DNA of 64,000 bases from Octopus vulgaris (Eukaryota), in NCBI GenBank assembly GCA_951406725.2, contig OX597818.1, positions 61,566,001 to 61,630,000 on the forward strand, in the 5' to 3' direction. This document shows positions 27,439 through 39,540 of this stretch, piece by piece. The notes under the pieces are model-generated. The model was not told the DNA's origin. It did not search any database and worked only from the letters and a program-made list of their open reading frames with translations. Within the stretch, counting starts at the first letter, position 1; the number at the start of each line of letters is the position of its first letter. Position numbers and translations under genes: made by a program.

Positions 27439-28486
27439 TCTGCTAGTTCAACTGGTTACCAGGTTTCAGTCAGTGTTCTTCTAGTCATTGCTCGTTGTCT
27501 ATTTTTAACCAAATCAAGTGGTTTGCATTCTCCACTGTTGTTTGAATATATGTTGATACTTTTAGTGCTTTTATTTTACCATTCCACTATGCTAAATGTT
27601 TGGATATTTATGTAAAATGTTTGGATATTTATGCAAAAAGAAACAACATTTGGAGGTTTTGAAATAAATATGACCGACAATGTTGCTGCGTCAAAACTAA
27701 TTCTCTTTCTAGGAACAGTAAATATTGTGGAAACCATTAAAGGCATTCGAAAGCAATATATTTCAATACACAAATTCTTCCTCATACAATGACCGCCATC
27801 AGACCCAATATCTCCAGAAGCTTCTCTTGAGGTTATTGACTGAGATATGGTCATTGTCTAATTCTAATTGTAGTTTATGTTCTATGAGAAATAATTGGAA
27901 AGAAGGAATGCTTTATAGACAGAACTGAAGAACTAAAGAGTTTCTGTTTTTGTGGGTTCTTGGAAGTGAGTGAAATGGAGGACAAAATAAAATGTTATTT
28001 TAAATTTGAGAGAGGCTCCGCAGAATATCAGATTGTGGCTCAAGTTTTCAACAAGGGATTTCTATTTCGGTTGGAAATTGTGATTTGAGAGGATTCCTTA
28101 AACAAGCTATTTGTCAAGTCAGGATTATGCTCAGCATCCCTCACCAAACTTATTTATGGTTAGCAAACCTTTTCAACACTTAACAGTATTCCTTAGCAAC
28201 ATACTTGGTCATCTCTGTTTAAGAAAATCTAGTGGCTTGCCAATGATGCAAACTCACACATGTAGCCTTAATTGATACATGAATTAATTAATTCTTAGCT
28301 AATAACAGATCAGTGCACTACTTTCTTAACACATGTACCAAGTCAGCACAACAAGCCCTGATTACTCCTACATTGCTGCACACAAAACTGGGTCCGTTTT
28401 CTGCACATACTACTGCTCCTACAGTGTATTTTCACATACGATGCTGTTTGAGAAACTTCTCTCTACACACAGTTATCAAGAGAACC

Positions 28487-28700
28487 CAGCAGAACAGACC
28501 TATCTATATAAACTGTCATCAACAGAACAGACCATTCTACACACAAAGTAATCAATATAACCAGCCCCGTTACACACACTGTCATCAGCAGAACAGACCA
28601 TTCTACAGAAACTTATCAATAGAACAGACTAGTCACACACAATGTAATCAATATAACAGACCATCCATTCCACGCACACTGTCATCCAAGGAACAAACCA
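28487..28700. repeat. Degenerate ~33-bp minisatellite, about 6 units
   Basis: Units like CAGCAGAACAGACCATTCTACACACACTGTCAT; lengths 33,33,33,31,32,37. Confidence 0.8.
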
Positions 28701-31025
28701 TCGACATGCTTTGTTACAAGGAAAATAAATTCACTACCCTTCAGCTAGCCTCCAACTGAAAGCACATTAATAGCTGAATATTCACAACACACTTGTACGA
28801 ACACACACAGATATACACTTTCATAGCAGCTCACTCGCATAGGTACATATACACTCACATCTCAGACGTTGTAAACAATGACACTGTTTCACTCAGACAT
28901 GCAACCACAGCCACGCACACACACACACACACAGCCACACACACAAACACACATGCAATCGGCACACTTCTAGAAAAGTACTGCTTTTACTATTATTCAA
29001 GAAGATTGCATTGTCTTTCAATTAACACGACTTGCCAAAACTAACATTTCTCAATGCTGGAATTAAAGTCTTTTCTCTCTCTGCTACATTCTTCTTCCAC
29101 TCAAACTTGTCACAGTCAACTACTAACAGCAAGTAGGAACTGATCCACATTCCGTTATTTGCTACAGAATGAAATAATCTGTTTCAATTTATTGTGTGTT
29201 ACATATTTCAACATTTGGTTTCCCACACATTCACAAATATTCCATTCATGCAAATATCAACTATTTAGCAAATCTATTTATTTTGCATCGCTAGCGAGTT
29301 CTGTTGAATAACATCAATTACAATTAGTGATATAGGCCAGGCATGATGCAAGGGTAAACCGATACATACCAGCGACATGATTTGAACATAAGACGTTTAA
29401 GACAATGGCCAACCACTTTAACCACACATCTACCCGTCGTACATAATCTAATTTTATTGGTTTTCTTTTTTTAAATGACTTCCTAATAAGTGGCAACCGT
29501 ATAAGATAAAATTGACATATCACAATATGTAAGCCATAGTAAACAAAAATATTCAATAAGAGCGTTCTTTTACATTGGAAAAAAGGAAAAAAGAAACAGA
29601 GAAATATTTATAAATTGTTGAGCTGACATGAAGTTGTGTTGAAACATAAATTATGGAAAACAAAACAAATTTAGATGAAATATTTTATCGTACAATGAAT
29701 CCTCTAAAGAACATAAAATTACACATGCCAAACAGTGATGAATGTTGGTATCCACTAGCTTATCATGATGCTTCTATCATCATGAAAGGTTTTTGCTTAC
29801 AATCATTTCTGGTTTTTTTTTTTTTGGTTTTTGCTTTTTTTTTTTTTCTGCTCGATAGTTTCACAGCAATACTTGTTAAGATAGATAATTCTCTATATGT
29901 CAAAACAGGTTAGCTAAAAGGATTTTTACTTCTCTTCCAGCATTAAAGTATTATTATTTATCAAAACATATTGAATGACAAACTGACATTTACTGGTAGA
30001 AGGAAGTAAAATTCTAAATTTCTGTTTGAAAAAAAAAATATATAAAAACAAGAAAAAGTTGAAAAGATTATACTATTTTCTAAAAAAAAAAAAAAAAAAA
30101 AATAGAGAGAAAAGCAAAGGGCCACTGCTAATCAAACCAAAATGGCCCATAGTCTATATCCCATTATTCATGCTGCACTGTGTTGCTGGCCATGACAACT
30201 GTTGAATGCCCCAGTTAACCTAGTTTTAAATAGATACTATATCATGGTACAGTTCTGCTTTCATAAACAGCAAGTGCAGTATAATAAGTGAGGAATGATT
30301 CATTGGTAGGTGGGAGATCTGAATTTCAAAACTCTTACATATCGCTGACTTATGGAAAAATGCCACCGACTTTCTTTAGATGATCTACACAGCAATACAG
30401 ACAATAGATTATGAAATACAGATATTATTGGCCACTAAAGTTTACAGTTTATTATATATAAACAACCATTGGAAGATTCATTACAGGCAATAAACTTCAT
30501 TAGCTTTATATATTGCACCAATAATAAACACAGACAAATAACAACTGTCATGTTCTAAGTTCCTCTTTGGGGTGGTCCCACAAAAAGATCAAAACTTGGA
30601 GTTTCTCAAATGCTGAATACCACTAGGATCTGATCCAACCGTCCGTTCTTTTCAACCGAAACCTATCAAAGTATACAAACTCACACATAGCATCATGCTC
30701 ACATAGTCCAACTGTTCTCCAGACACGAGTGTACAACTTCTCCAAATTTAGATTCAATCGATGAGAAACTGGCTCCAAAACAACACAGCAGAAACCTACC
30801 GACTCTACCATCTCTCTTTTCACAAACAACATGAGAGAAGATCAAATACAATCAAGCATCATACTCATCAGCACAAACGTTCCATATATACAGCTGACAA
30901 AGATACAAGGAGTCAAATACACAAACCCCCCCACACAACATTTAAAGCACAAACGGATGGCACTGAAGAAATCAAAAGGAGACAAATATATTCAAGAGCA
31001 CTCATAGGTACCACATTTGGCTTAT

Positions 31026-31209
31026 TCTTTTACTCTTTTACTTGTTTCAGTCATTTCACTGTGGCCATGCTGGAGCACCACCTTTAGTCAAGCAAATCAA
31101 CCCCATGACTTATACTATCAGTCTCTTTTGCCGAACCGCTAAGTTACAGGGACGTAAACACACCAGCATTGATTGTCAGGCGATGTTGGGGGAACAAACA
31201 CAGATACAA

Positions 31210-31253
<44 letters not shown>

Positions 31254-31427
31254 TCATATATACGACAGGCTTCTTTCAGTTTCCGTCTACCAAATCCACT
31301 CACAAGGCTTTGGTCAGCCCAAGGCTTATAGTAGATGACACTTACCCAAGACACCACACAGTGGGACTGAACTCAGAACCATGTGGTTGGTAAGCAAGCT
31401 ACTTACCACACAGCCACTCCTACGCCT
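31026..31427 (-). mobile_element. SINE family A
   Basis: Reverse-complement match to other copies, with internal (CA)n. Confidence 0.9.
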
Positions 31428-31842
31428 ATAATCTCGTTTATAATCTCTTGGCAATAAGTAAATTTTGCATCATTACAGGGTGATTATAGACCACACCCAC
31501 ATATCATCCATAAAAATGGAAGACTACCTGAGCATGAATGTAAGGGTCACAGTTTGTTAGTGCAGCAAGCATCAACCCCCCAACATCTCCTGCCACTACA
31601 TACACAATCATCTCCAAACACAGACATATAGAGAACACCTACTAATACTACTACTTGCTGAAAATACTCTCTTCCCCACTTAGCTGGAATCTAATAAACA
31701 CAGAGGCAGACATAGCTGCATCAACAATTATTTCAGTAACCCCAAATAGTGTTGTGTCTGGGGAGAGACATTTTCTTTTTTGTGCCTTATAATGTAACAC
31801 ACTCACTGGTAAAATTTCTACTTATTTCTTATTTTCATTATC

Positions 31843-31879
31843 CTGAAATTTTCGTTGCGTCTTGCAACCTTTTCAATAG
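31843..31879 (-). ncRNA. Minimal type I hammerhead ribozyme motif, U3-A8 variant
   Basis: CTA-TTGAAAA-G-GTTGC AAGAC GCAAC-GAAA-ATTT-CAG; perfect 5-bp stem II; stem I is intact (CTA/TAG) only in the sister arm. Confidence 0.55.
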
Positions 31880-31939
31880 TCTTGACTATGGCCTTGCTGG
31901 AGCACTGCCTATAGTCGAGCAAATCAACCCCAGTCAAGA

Positions 31940-31976
31940 CTACTGAAAAGGTTGCAAGATACAATGAAAATTTTAG
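31940..31976 (+). ncRNA. Degenerate sister copy of the P2 hammerhead motif
   Basis: CTA-CTGAAAA-G-GTTGC AAGAT ACAAT-GAAA-ATTT-TAG; CpG-type decay in stem II. Confidence 0.45.
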
Positions 31977-32429
31977 GAAAATAAAATAAGAAATAAGTGG
32001 AAATTTTACCGGTGAGTGTGTTACATTATAAGGCACAAAAAGAAAATGACTCTCCCCAGACACAACAGAATATGCTTCAACACACGAACTCATATAAAGA
32101 ATCTTGCAAACCAAATCCAAAAACCCAAATAGTGTATTGTGATACAAACCCCTAACAAAGAAAGAACCAACAACTGCTGTGTTCTGATAGCGTTTGCAAT
32201 GCCCACTTCTGCTGTAGACATTGTAAATTCCATCTTCAAGTACACAGATATCATAACCATTTAACATCCATTTCAGCATGTGATAAATGATCTGGCAGGA
32301 GCTGGTAAGGCCGGGAGCCATACCAGGCTAAAGTAGAGGGAATGCCACATGTCCAGTCTCTCCACTGCAGCCTATGATTTCAGAGTATCCAGTAAGGTCT
32401 CCAGCTAGGAAAGTAGCAGCAGGATCATG

Positions 32430-32740
32430 ATCATCATTGTTAAGCATCCGTTTTCCATGCTAGCATGGGCTGGACGGTTCGACCGGGGTCTGGGAAGCCA
32501 GAAGGCTGCACTAGGCTCCAGTCTGATCTGGCAATGTTTCTACAGCTGGATGCTCTTCCTAACGCCAACCACTCCGTGAATGTAGTGGGTGCTTTTTACG
32601 TGCCACTGGCACAGGTGTCAGAGGAGGCTGGCAAACGGCCATGATCAGTTGGTACTTTTTACGGGTCACCAACACAGATGCCAGTCAGGTGGCGCTGGCA
32701 TCAGCCATGTTCGGATGGTGCTTTTTACGTGCGACCGGCT
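32430..32740 (-). mobile_element. Retroposon family C
   Basis: Reverse complement of core and internal repeats; inverted relative to 32945-33296. Confidence 0.88.
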
Positions 32741-32944
32741 TGCGTATTAATGATATAAATAGAAAAACAGATGCAGAGGTTGTGTCAAGTTAATTGGTCA
32801 ACAACCTGCGCATTATAGCATTGGTCAAACACAGCTGACCTTCAACTACACAACAAATACAGCAAGTGGCATACACAACTAGAAAAGAGATAAAAAGCAA
32901 CATTACGTATCACAGAATAATACATATCACGTCAACACCAGCAT

Positions 32945-33296
32945 CAAAATAAAAATCAAATGGAAATTGTAGTCATGATACCCATGCCTGTGGCACGTAA
33001 AAAGCACCATCCGAATGTGGCTGAAGCCAGCACCGCCTGACTGGTGTCCATGTCGGTGATATGTAAAAAGCACCAACCGACTGTGGCCATTTGCCAGCCT
33101 CCTGTAGCACGTAAAAAGCACCCACTACAATCACGGAGTGGTTGGTGTTAGGAAGGGCATCCAGCTGTAGAAACAATGCTAGATCAGACTGGAGCCTGGT
33201 GCAGCCTCCTGACCTCTCAGACCCCGGTCGAACCGTCCAACCCATGCTAGCATGGAAAACGGACGTTAAACGATGCCGATGATAATGATGATGATG
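32945..33296 (+). mobile_element. Retroposon family C
   Basis: Three GTAAAAAGCACC-type repeats, core, (GAT)n tail. Confidence 0.88.
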
Positions 33297-33859
33297 AGAA
33301 TGTCATCCTCAAAATGAAGGCATGGAATATATGGAACAACAGATCTATGAACACAAATGTTCAACTTGGTAACTACGAGTAGCAAGTTTGTATAATTGGA
33401 CATAACCTGGAGTAAAATATACAAATGTTACAAAACTTTCCCTGGAGTTAGGAAGAAGAGATGAAGTTTGTTTAAAAGTAAGAATTAGATTCAAGACTAA
33501 TTACCATTGCAAATTTATGTTAATAATGTAAAGGGAAGTAGATACCAAAATCAGTAGAATACCAAACAAAATTTTATACAGTATTTAATTAGCTTTCTTA
33601 ATATGCTCAGCCCGAATGACAGGAAGGCCAATCTTTCTATCCATCCCTTTGGGGCTAATAAAATAAGTACCAGTCATGAACTAGGGATCAAATCAGCACC
33701 ATTCATCACATGTAAGCTTAGTTCCCACATGAAATTCAACACTGGGCACAATATAGAAAAACTCTTCTTTTTTTTCTATCTTGATATTGAATCAAGGCAT
33801 TTTCTTATTTCAGTGAAAAAAAAAAAAAGTCATTAAATAATAAAATCAAACCTACTCAC

Positions 33860-33865
33860 CAGCAT
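33860..33865 (-). CDS. Candidate exon end with ATG CTG (ML) before a consensus donor
   Basis: CTG|GTGAGT donor; possible acceptor tttttgtcag ~80 nt upstream; all frames closed before the ATG. Confidence 0.22.
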
Positions 33866-36393
33866 GCTTTATTCTATTCCTAATTTGACATTAATGTTGC
33901 ACAAAATTTAATGAGAATGGATGATGCCTTATAATGATTTCTGACAAAAATTTAAAACCGATCTTTCAAAAACAACATTTTATGCCAGTTACTCTTATAC
34001 TAAGACGTTAGGACACTCCCTTAAAGGTTAAGATAAAGATGAAATCCATCAATCTATAGTGCAGAATACTAAATATATCTCAAAATCATTAATTTATTGA
34101 ACGAAGATTTATTCAACTTCAAAATAGTAAACAAAGTCTGGTACCCCAACCGCATCTCATATAAACTGATATGGTTTAACCCTTTTAATACTAATCTGCC
34201 CGACATGACCCCTGGTCCTATGGCACAGACTTATGTTTCCTTTGCTTTCTTGGCCTTATTTCCAAGGAGCACCAATTTTAAACGAAGAAAAATTTACGCT
34301 GATAAAATGTTACTTTAGATATTCACAGAATTTTTTCTTGTATTTGTTTCGGTCATTTGACTGTGACCATACTGGAGCACCGTCTTCAGTTGAGCAAATC
34401 GATCCCAGGACATATTCTTTGTAAGCCTAGTACTTATACTCTTTTGCCAAGCTGTTAAGTTACAGGACATAAGCACTCCAACATCAGTGTCAAGCGATGG
34501 TTACACACATATACATATACAATGGGCTTTCGACATCTAGTAAAAACCCATCCCCTTTTTTTTCCCTTTGTCTTGCTAGTTGCTTGGCAACTTCAGCTTC
34601 AGTCATCATCATCATCAACATTTAACATCCATTAAATGGGTTGAACGGTTTGACCAAAGCTGGCAAGATAGAAGGCTGTACTAGATTCCAACCACCCAGT
34701 ACGTTTATTGTAAAGAGGTAGGCATAAAGAAGGGCAACAACCATGGAAGCCATGCCAAAACTGACATCAGGGCCTGACACAACAGATCCTGTCACACCAT
34801 CCACACATGCCAGCATGGCAAACAGATGTTAACTGATGACGAGGATAAGCAAGTGGGCCTTTATAATCTTCCTCCTCTACAGTATAGACAAATTTAAAGA
34901 GAATGTGGCTGCTACTTCTAGCAAACCAAGTCACTGCCTAAGATCTCTTATATCGGATCATTTAAAATTCGGAGTATATTTTAGTTGTTTTGCCTTGGGT
35001 CAGCCATGAAGAAGTTGACCTATAATCAAAAATATGTCTCTTTTCATTTTAAGCACAAAATATGGGCTCAAGTCACCTCATAGTTGCAAGAAAGTTGGAA
35101 ATTCTTGCTAAAAAGAAAGAAGGAATATAATTCTATGCTTTTCGCCTCATCTTCTTTTGTACAAAATCAACCGGTTGCATAGGCGTTTCCATTTTTTTTT
35201 TTATGCCTAATGATAAATTTTTGGAATGCTTGGTTTCCAATTTGCTATGGCTTTTATTTTTCTTTCAAAGATCATGTATTAAAAATGAGGAAACCTTTCT
35301 TTATAAAAATTGCATAACTTCCAAAACATTATCAGCATCAACAGTTGGTGCACTTTTTTTTTTTTATATATATATATAGAAAGAATCTCAATTAGTTGAA
35401 GACTCTAGATTAAAAAAATAAAAATGTAAAAAAAAAAAAAAAAGATAAACAATAATGATAAATATATAGGATGAAGACAAAATACACGTAAGCATTTTTA
35501 CATTTACATTTATTTTCATCAAATATTCCTTTGCTGACAATTTCGATACTTGTTGACTGTACAAGTCTGAAATATGGAGATAATGGTTAATGAAATTCAG
35601 GAGGCACCATAGCTCATTCCAGTCTTTAAAGAGCATTTTGATATACAACGACTCAAGATGTGAGAAATATTTGGCTGATGCAAATCTTTATAATGTTAGA
35701 GCAGCTTAATGCAAAGCAAAGGAAATAAGTCAGAATGATACAGCAGTATGTTCCGATGATCGATGGATGCACATCATAAATGGAAGTGTTTGGAAAGTTT
35801 ACAGAAAGACAATGGCAAGATCAAAGGCGATATTTGAAAGCAATGATAGATCTCTGAGTAAAGAATTTCATGGAAGTGTTAGGTTTATTAGAATTATTGA
35901 GTGATGTTGGAATGTAAATGAGAAGACAATGTGTTGTTGGCTTTAGTAAAAGCTGTATTTGCACCAATGAACCTGGCAGAGTTGTTGACATAAGAGAACT
36001 ACAGTTCAAACAATTTGCAAGTAATTGACCAGTAACCAATATTTATAACTTTTATAAATGGAAAGAGGATAGTTTATGAAAGGCTCAGTTGAGAAATGAA
36101 TTGTTACAATAGATTTCTATTTATCTGTGTTGAATAAATTAGCCTTGAGATTATTAACACACATAAATATATAGTGATACTGCAAAAGAATTAACACATT
36201 TAAAGCTAAACTCTACGGTATATTTTTATAGCACTTCATTTCCATTTCTTTCTGTTATGAATATGAAGTTTTATGTTAAAACAGTTATTATTTCATCAGT
36301 TCCCAAAGTTTTAAGTGCATGGACACAAAACCATTATTGGACAGGTGTCAGGGTTATCACTAACTTTTCTGTACGATAATTTGAACCAATTAC

Positions 36394-36705
36394 GGAGATG
36401 TACTTGCATAACAAGTGACCTGATCTGAGATAGTGTGCTGAAACAAAAACAGTTGCAGCACAGAAAGTGTTAATAAGCCATATAAAAAAAAAAAGAAACA
36501 CACACAAAAACCGTTAGATTCATTTCAATATTTAAATTTGATTTGTCAAAATATTTTTCTGTGCTGCACGGAATTTTGTCATTGAACAGATCGTGGTTTT
36601 AAAGTGACAAAAATATTTTGATAGATTAAATTTAAATGTTCAAGTGAATCTAATGGCTTTTGTGTGTTTTTAAATGGTTTATAAACACCTTCCATGCTGC
36701 AATTG
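36394..36705. mobile_element. Asymmetric fold-back element, family P3 (putative Penelope-like pLTR derivative)
   Basis: Inverted arms ~36452-36557 and 36610-36704, extension 36394-36451, 16-bp target duplication AATTTGA(A/G)CCAA(T/A)TAC at 36378 and 36706; homologous to 61187-61382. Confidence 0.8.
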
Positions 36706-37220
36706 AATTTGAGCCAAATACTACGAAAGATGCTAAAACATTTAGAGACATGTTACTAACTGCAGTGAACCAATCCACAATGAAACTGCTGTTTATAGAC
36801 AAGGGTAACTAGATCTTTGTGATTATTGCTGGCATTAGAGTGTAATGCCAATAATAAGATACCAATCACTGACCCTTGGTACCCTGCACATCTGGTTATC
36901 GTCACTGTTAAAATTAGGAGTTTTAGCAGTTGTCCAGTTGCAAACAGGTGAAGGACATGGACAGAATATGGTTTAATAGTCAACTTATTACGATCTTAGA
37001 TTAAGAGGTTTAAGTTAAAGAAATAAGTATTGTTAACACATACACACATAGTGTTGGCATGAAAGGTAGAATATGTTGTTAAATGGTTTGAATTAATGAA
37101 ATGAAAAAAAAACCAAAAAACAAAAGCGTGTTACAATGTTATCATATAATAGTGGTTACACAAGGGTAAAGCCACAGATGCTATTTAGAACTCCTGCATA
37201 TTGGTTGGAGTATTTATTAA

Positions 37221-37443
37221 CTATTTCTTTACTACCCACAAGGGGCTAAACACAGAGAGGACAAACAAAGACAGACAAACGGATTAAGTCGATTATATCG
37301 GCCCCAGTGCGTAACTGGTACTTAATTTATCGACCGCAAAAGGATGAAAGACAAAGTCGACCTCGGCGGAATTTGCACTCGGAACGTAACAGCAGACGAA
37401 ATACTGGTAAGCATTTCACCTGGCCTGATAACGATTCTGCCAG
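37221..37443 (-). mobile_element. SINE family B
   Basis: Core motif; target duplication AGTATTTATTA. Confidence 0.9.
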
Positions 37444-37999
37444 TATTTATTACCTTTCAGCTTAAATATAATTTTTAGATGCTTCACAAAGTTCTAATTA
37501 AATTTTGAATAATGCCTATCCTTTCACTTCCACCACCAACACTATTAATATGGTTAAAGGAATTGAGCCTAATAGGAGTCAGCTTCTAGTACATAAGAAA
37601 TTAAATGTAGGCTAAGTCTGTCTCTGTCTGTCTGTCTCTCTCTCTCTCTCTGACACTATTCTTCACAGATTATCTTTCTTACTCACACATCTAAATATAT
37701 AATGGTGCTGCTTCACACAGCAGCTATTTTGCTTGTTTATGTTATCATATAATCAACTTTGAATTTGGTGGTATTCTAAATTTATAGTCAACCAAGCCAG
37801 ATAGCCCATAATTTGAATTACATGCAACACACATTGCAGTTTATAAAACCAATCAATGTCCTTCATTTTATAATTAATTCTAAACATCTGAGAGGCTTAG
37901 TACAGTGTTGGGAGGCGCAAAATAATTGTTACAATTTGCAATGATTCAGTGAAAAGGAATATATTTTACATGAGAAACAAAAACAGAAAAGAAAGAAAG

Positions 38000-39540
38000 A
38001 TCAATGCAACACCTCAATTGGTTGCAGACCACAAGGTTCAACAGAACCTACTGTAGCAAGCCAACACACTCAAAGCATTACCACTAGCGATGGTGAGGCA
38101 AAGGTGTTGGAAAAGCCAAGCACCCTAACGGGTGTACCAGTCAATTCAGGAAAAAAAGCTGCCAAAGAGAACAAGAACTTCACCCTAAGTGACTCAGCCC
38201 CGCCAAACGTCTCAAACACCACAGGCTGGAAGAGAGTCCACTGACAGGTCCCGGTACTTCAGGGTTTTGTTCCATTCAGAAACGGAAGCAGAGACCATCT
38301 CATTTACTGCAGCATACAAATTTGGGAGGGAGTAAAAGAGAGACAAAACTGTGTTGTCCCAGATGAGGCACCTAGCTCTTACTCATAGTCAGAGGGCAAG
38401 ACCATCTGGTCTCTTCCTATCACTTCTGGATAATCCTGCTAGCTCCAAAACTGAGCGAAATATTAACCTGAGTGAGGGCCACTTCATGATTAAGTTTAGC
38501 TCGGTGTGAGAAGCAATATGACCAGCAATTAGGAGGCAAGACAGAGCGTGAAGACTTGAGGAACTGAGAGGCTTACCATAGTGACACCGCAGTCACCGAC
38601 AAACATCAGCTCCCACTCTGAGTGTGATAGAGAGATGAAGCTCATTTAAATTGATTAGACCTCCAATGTTGGCCACAGGCATGGCATCAATTCAGACTGA
38701 TCAAGAGGCATCTGAGTACAAATTGTCCCATACTCCCTGCTTCTGTCTCTCAACTGTAACAAGAACTGACACATCCAGGTCTCTCCACTGTAACAGAGCT
38801 TCATTCATATCCCTGTTGGAACTAGTCTGTGTTGGAGAGGAGAAGATGTTGTTTACTAAAGGGGAGCAAGCATGGATGGAGGAAAGAAAAAAGGAATGAG
38901 ATAGAGATGAGCCCTTGCACAGACTTAGATCCCAAAACCATTTGAGCAAAGCAGCCTGGTAGCAGGACTCAAGAGAGAGTCTGACAGTGGCCAAACATTT
39001 GAGTTTCCTGAAGATTAGGTTATCAAAGGATTGGAGAAATTACAAGAATCTATAAGAGGGACTAACTCTAAAAAAAGACCTTGGTAGGGCGCAATTACCT
39101 CAAGATTTTTTTAAAAGTTGCTCATGGTTATCCAACTAGGATTGAAAGATGGCCTCAAAAGCTGAGTCAGTAATTGGGGTTCCAACAGAGCACCATGCTG
39201 ATGAAGGAGAAACCATGACAGAGGGGAAGGAGTCTGTAAACAGGTTTACAGTCTATTGATGTAAAACTGGATGGTTGAGGGGCCACCACTTGCATTTGGA
39301 GCAGTTGGCGCTAAGGCCACTATGACTAAGTCCCTCAATCATCATCTTCGTGGTTGCAAAGATGTTGTCAGGAGGGTCCCCAAACAAGCATCATGAAGAC
39401 ACCAGGCATTTGAGTCCAGGTCAGTTCCCATCTTGGTAACATCATCAATATTCAATGCAAACCCAGATTTGTATCATTTGGCAGAGAAAAACAGCAGCCA
39501 AGAGACCCTTGCCATTTAGGAATGTGATTACCACAATGGC
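38000..39540 (-). mobile_element. Probable ancient, degraded retroelement fragment
   Basis: ~1.5-kb block of higher GC with broken frames and a Cys/His remnant (HSGLSANCSKCK); no intact domain recognised. Confidence 0.35.

Larger units (their letters stand above)
31750..32123. mobile_element. Asymmetric fold-back element, family P2 (putative Penelope-like pLTR derivative)
   Basis: Inverted arms 31750-31887 and 31932-32067, ~55-bp extension, 12-bp direct repeat CCCAAATAGTGT at 31741 and 32124. Confidence 0.8.

Noticed and set aside
28487-28700. CRISPR-like periodic array
   Set aside because: Whole units are degenerate copies of each other, with no constant repeat plus unique spacer, no cas genes and a eukaryotic context.
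31818-32321. 167-aa ORF
   Set aside because: It runs through the P2 palindrome and a SINE fragment, with no recognisable domain.
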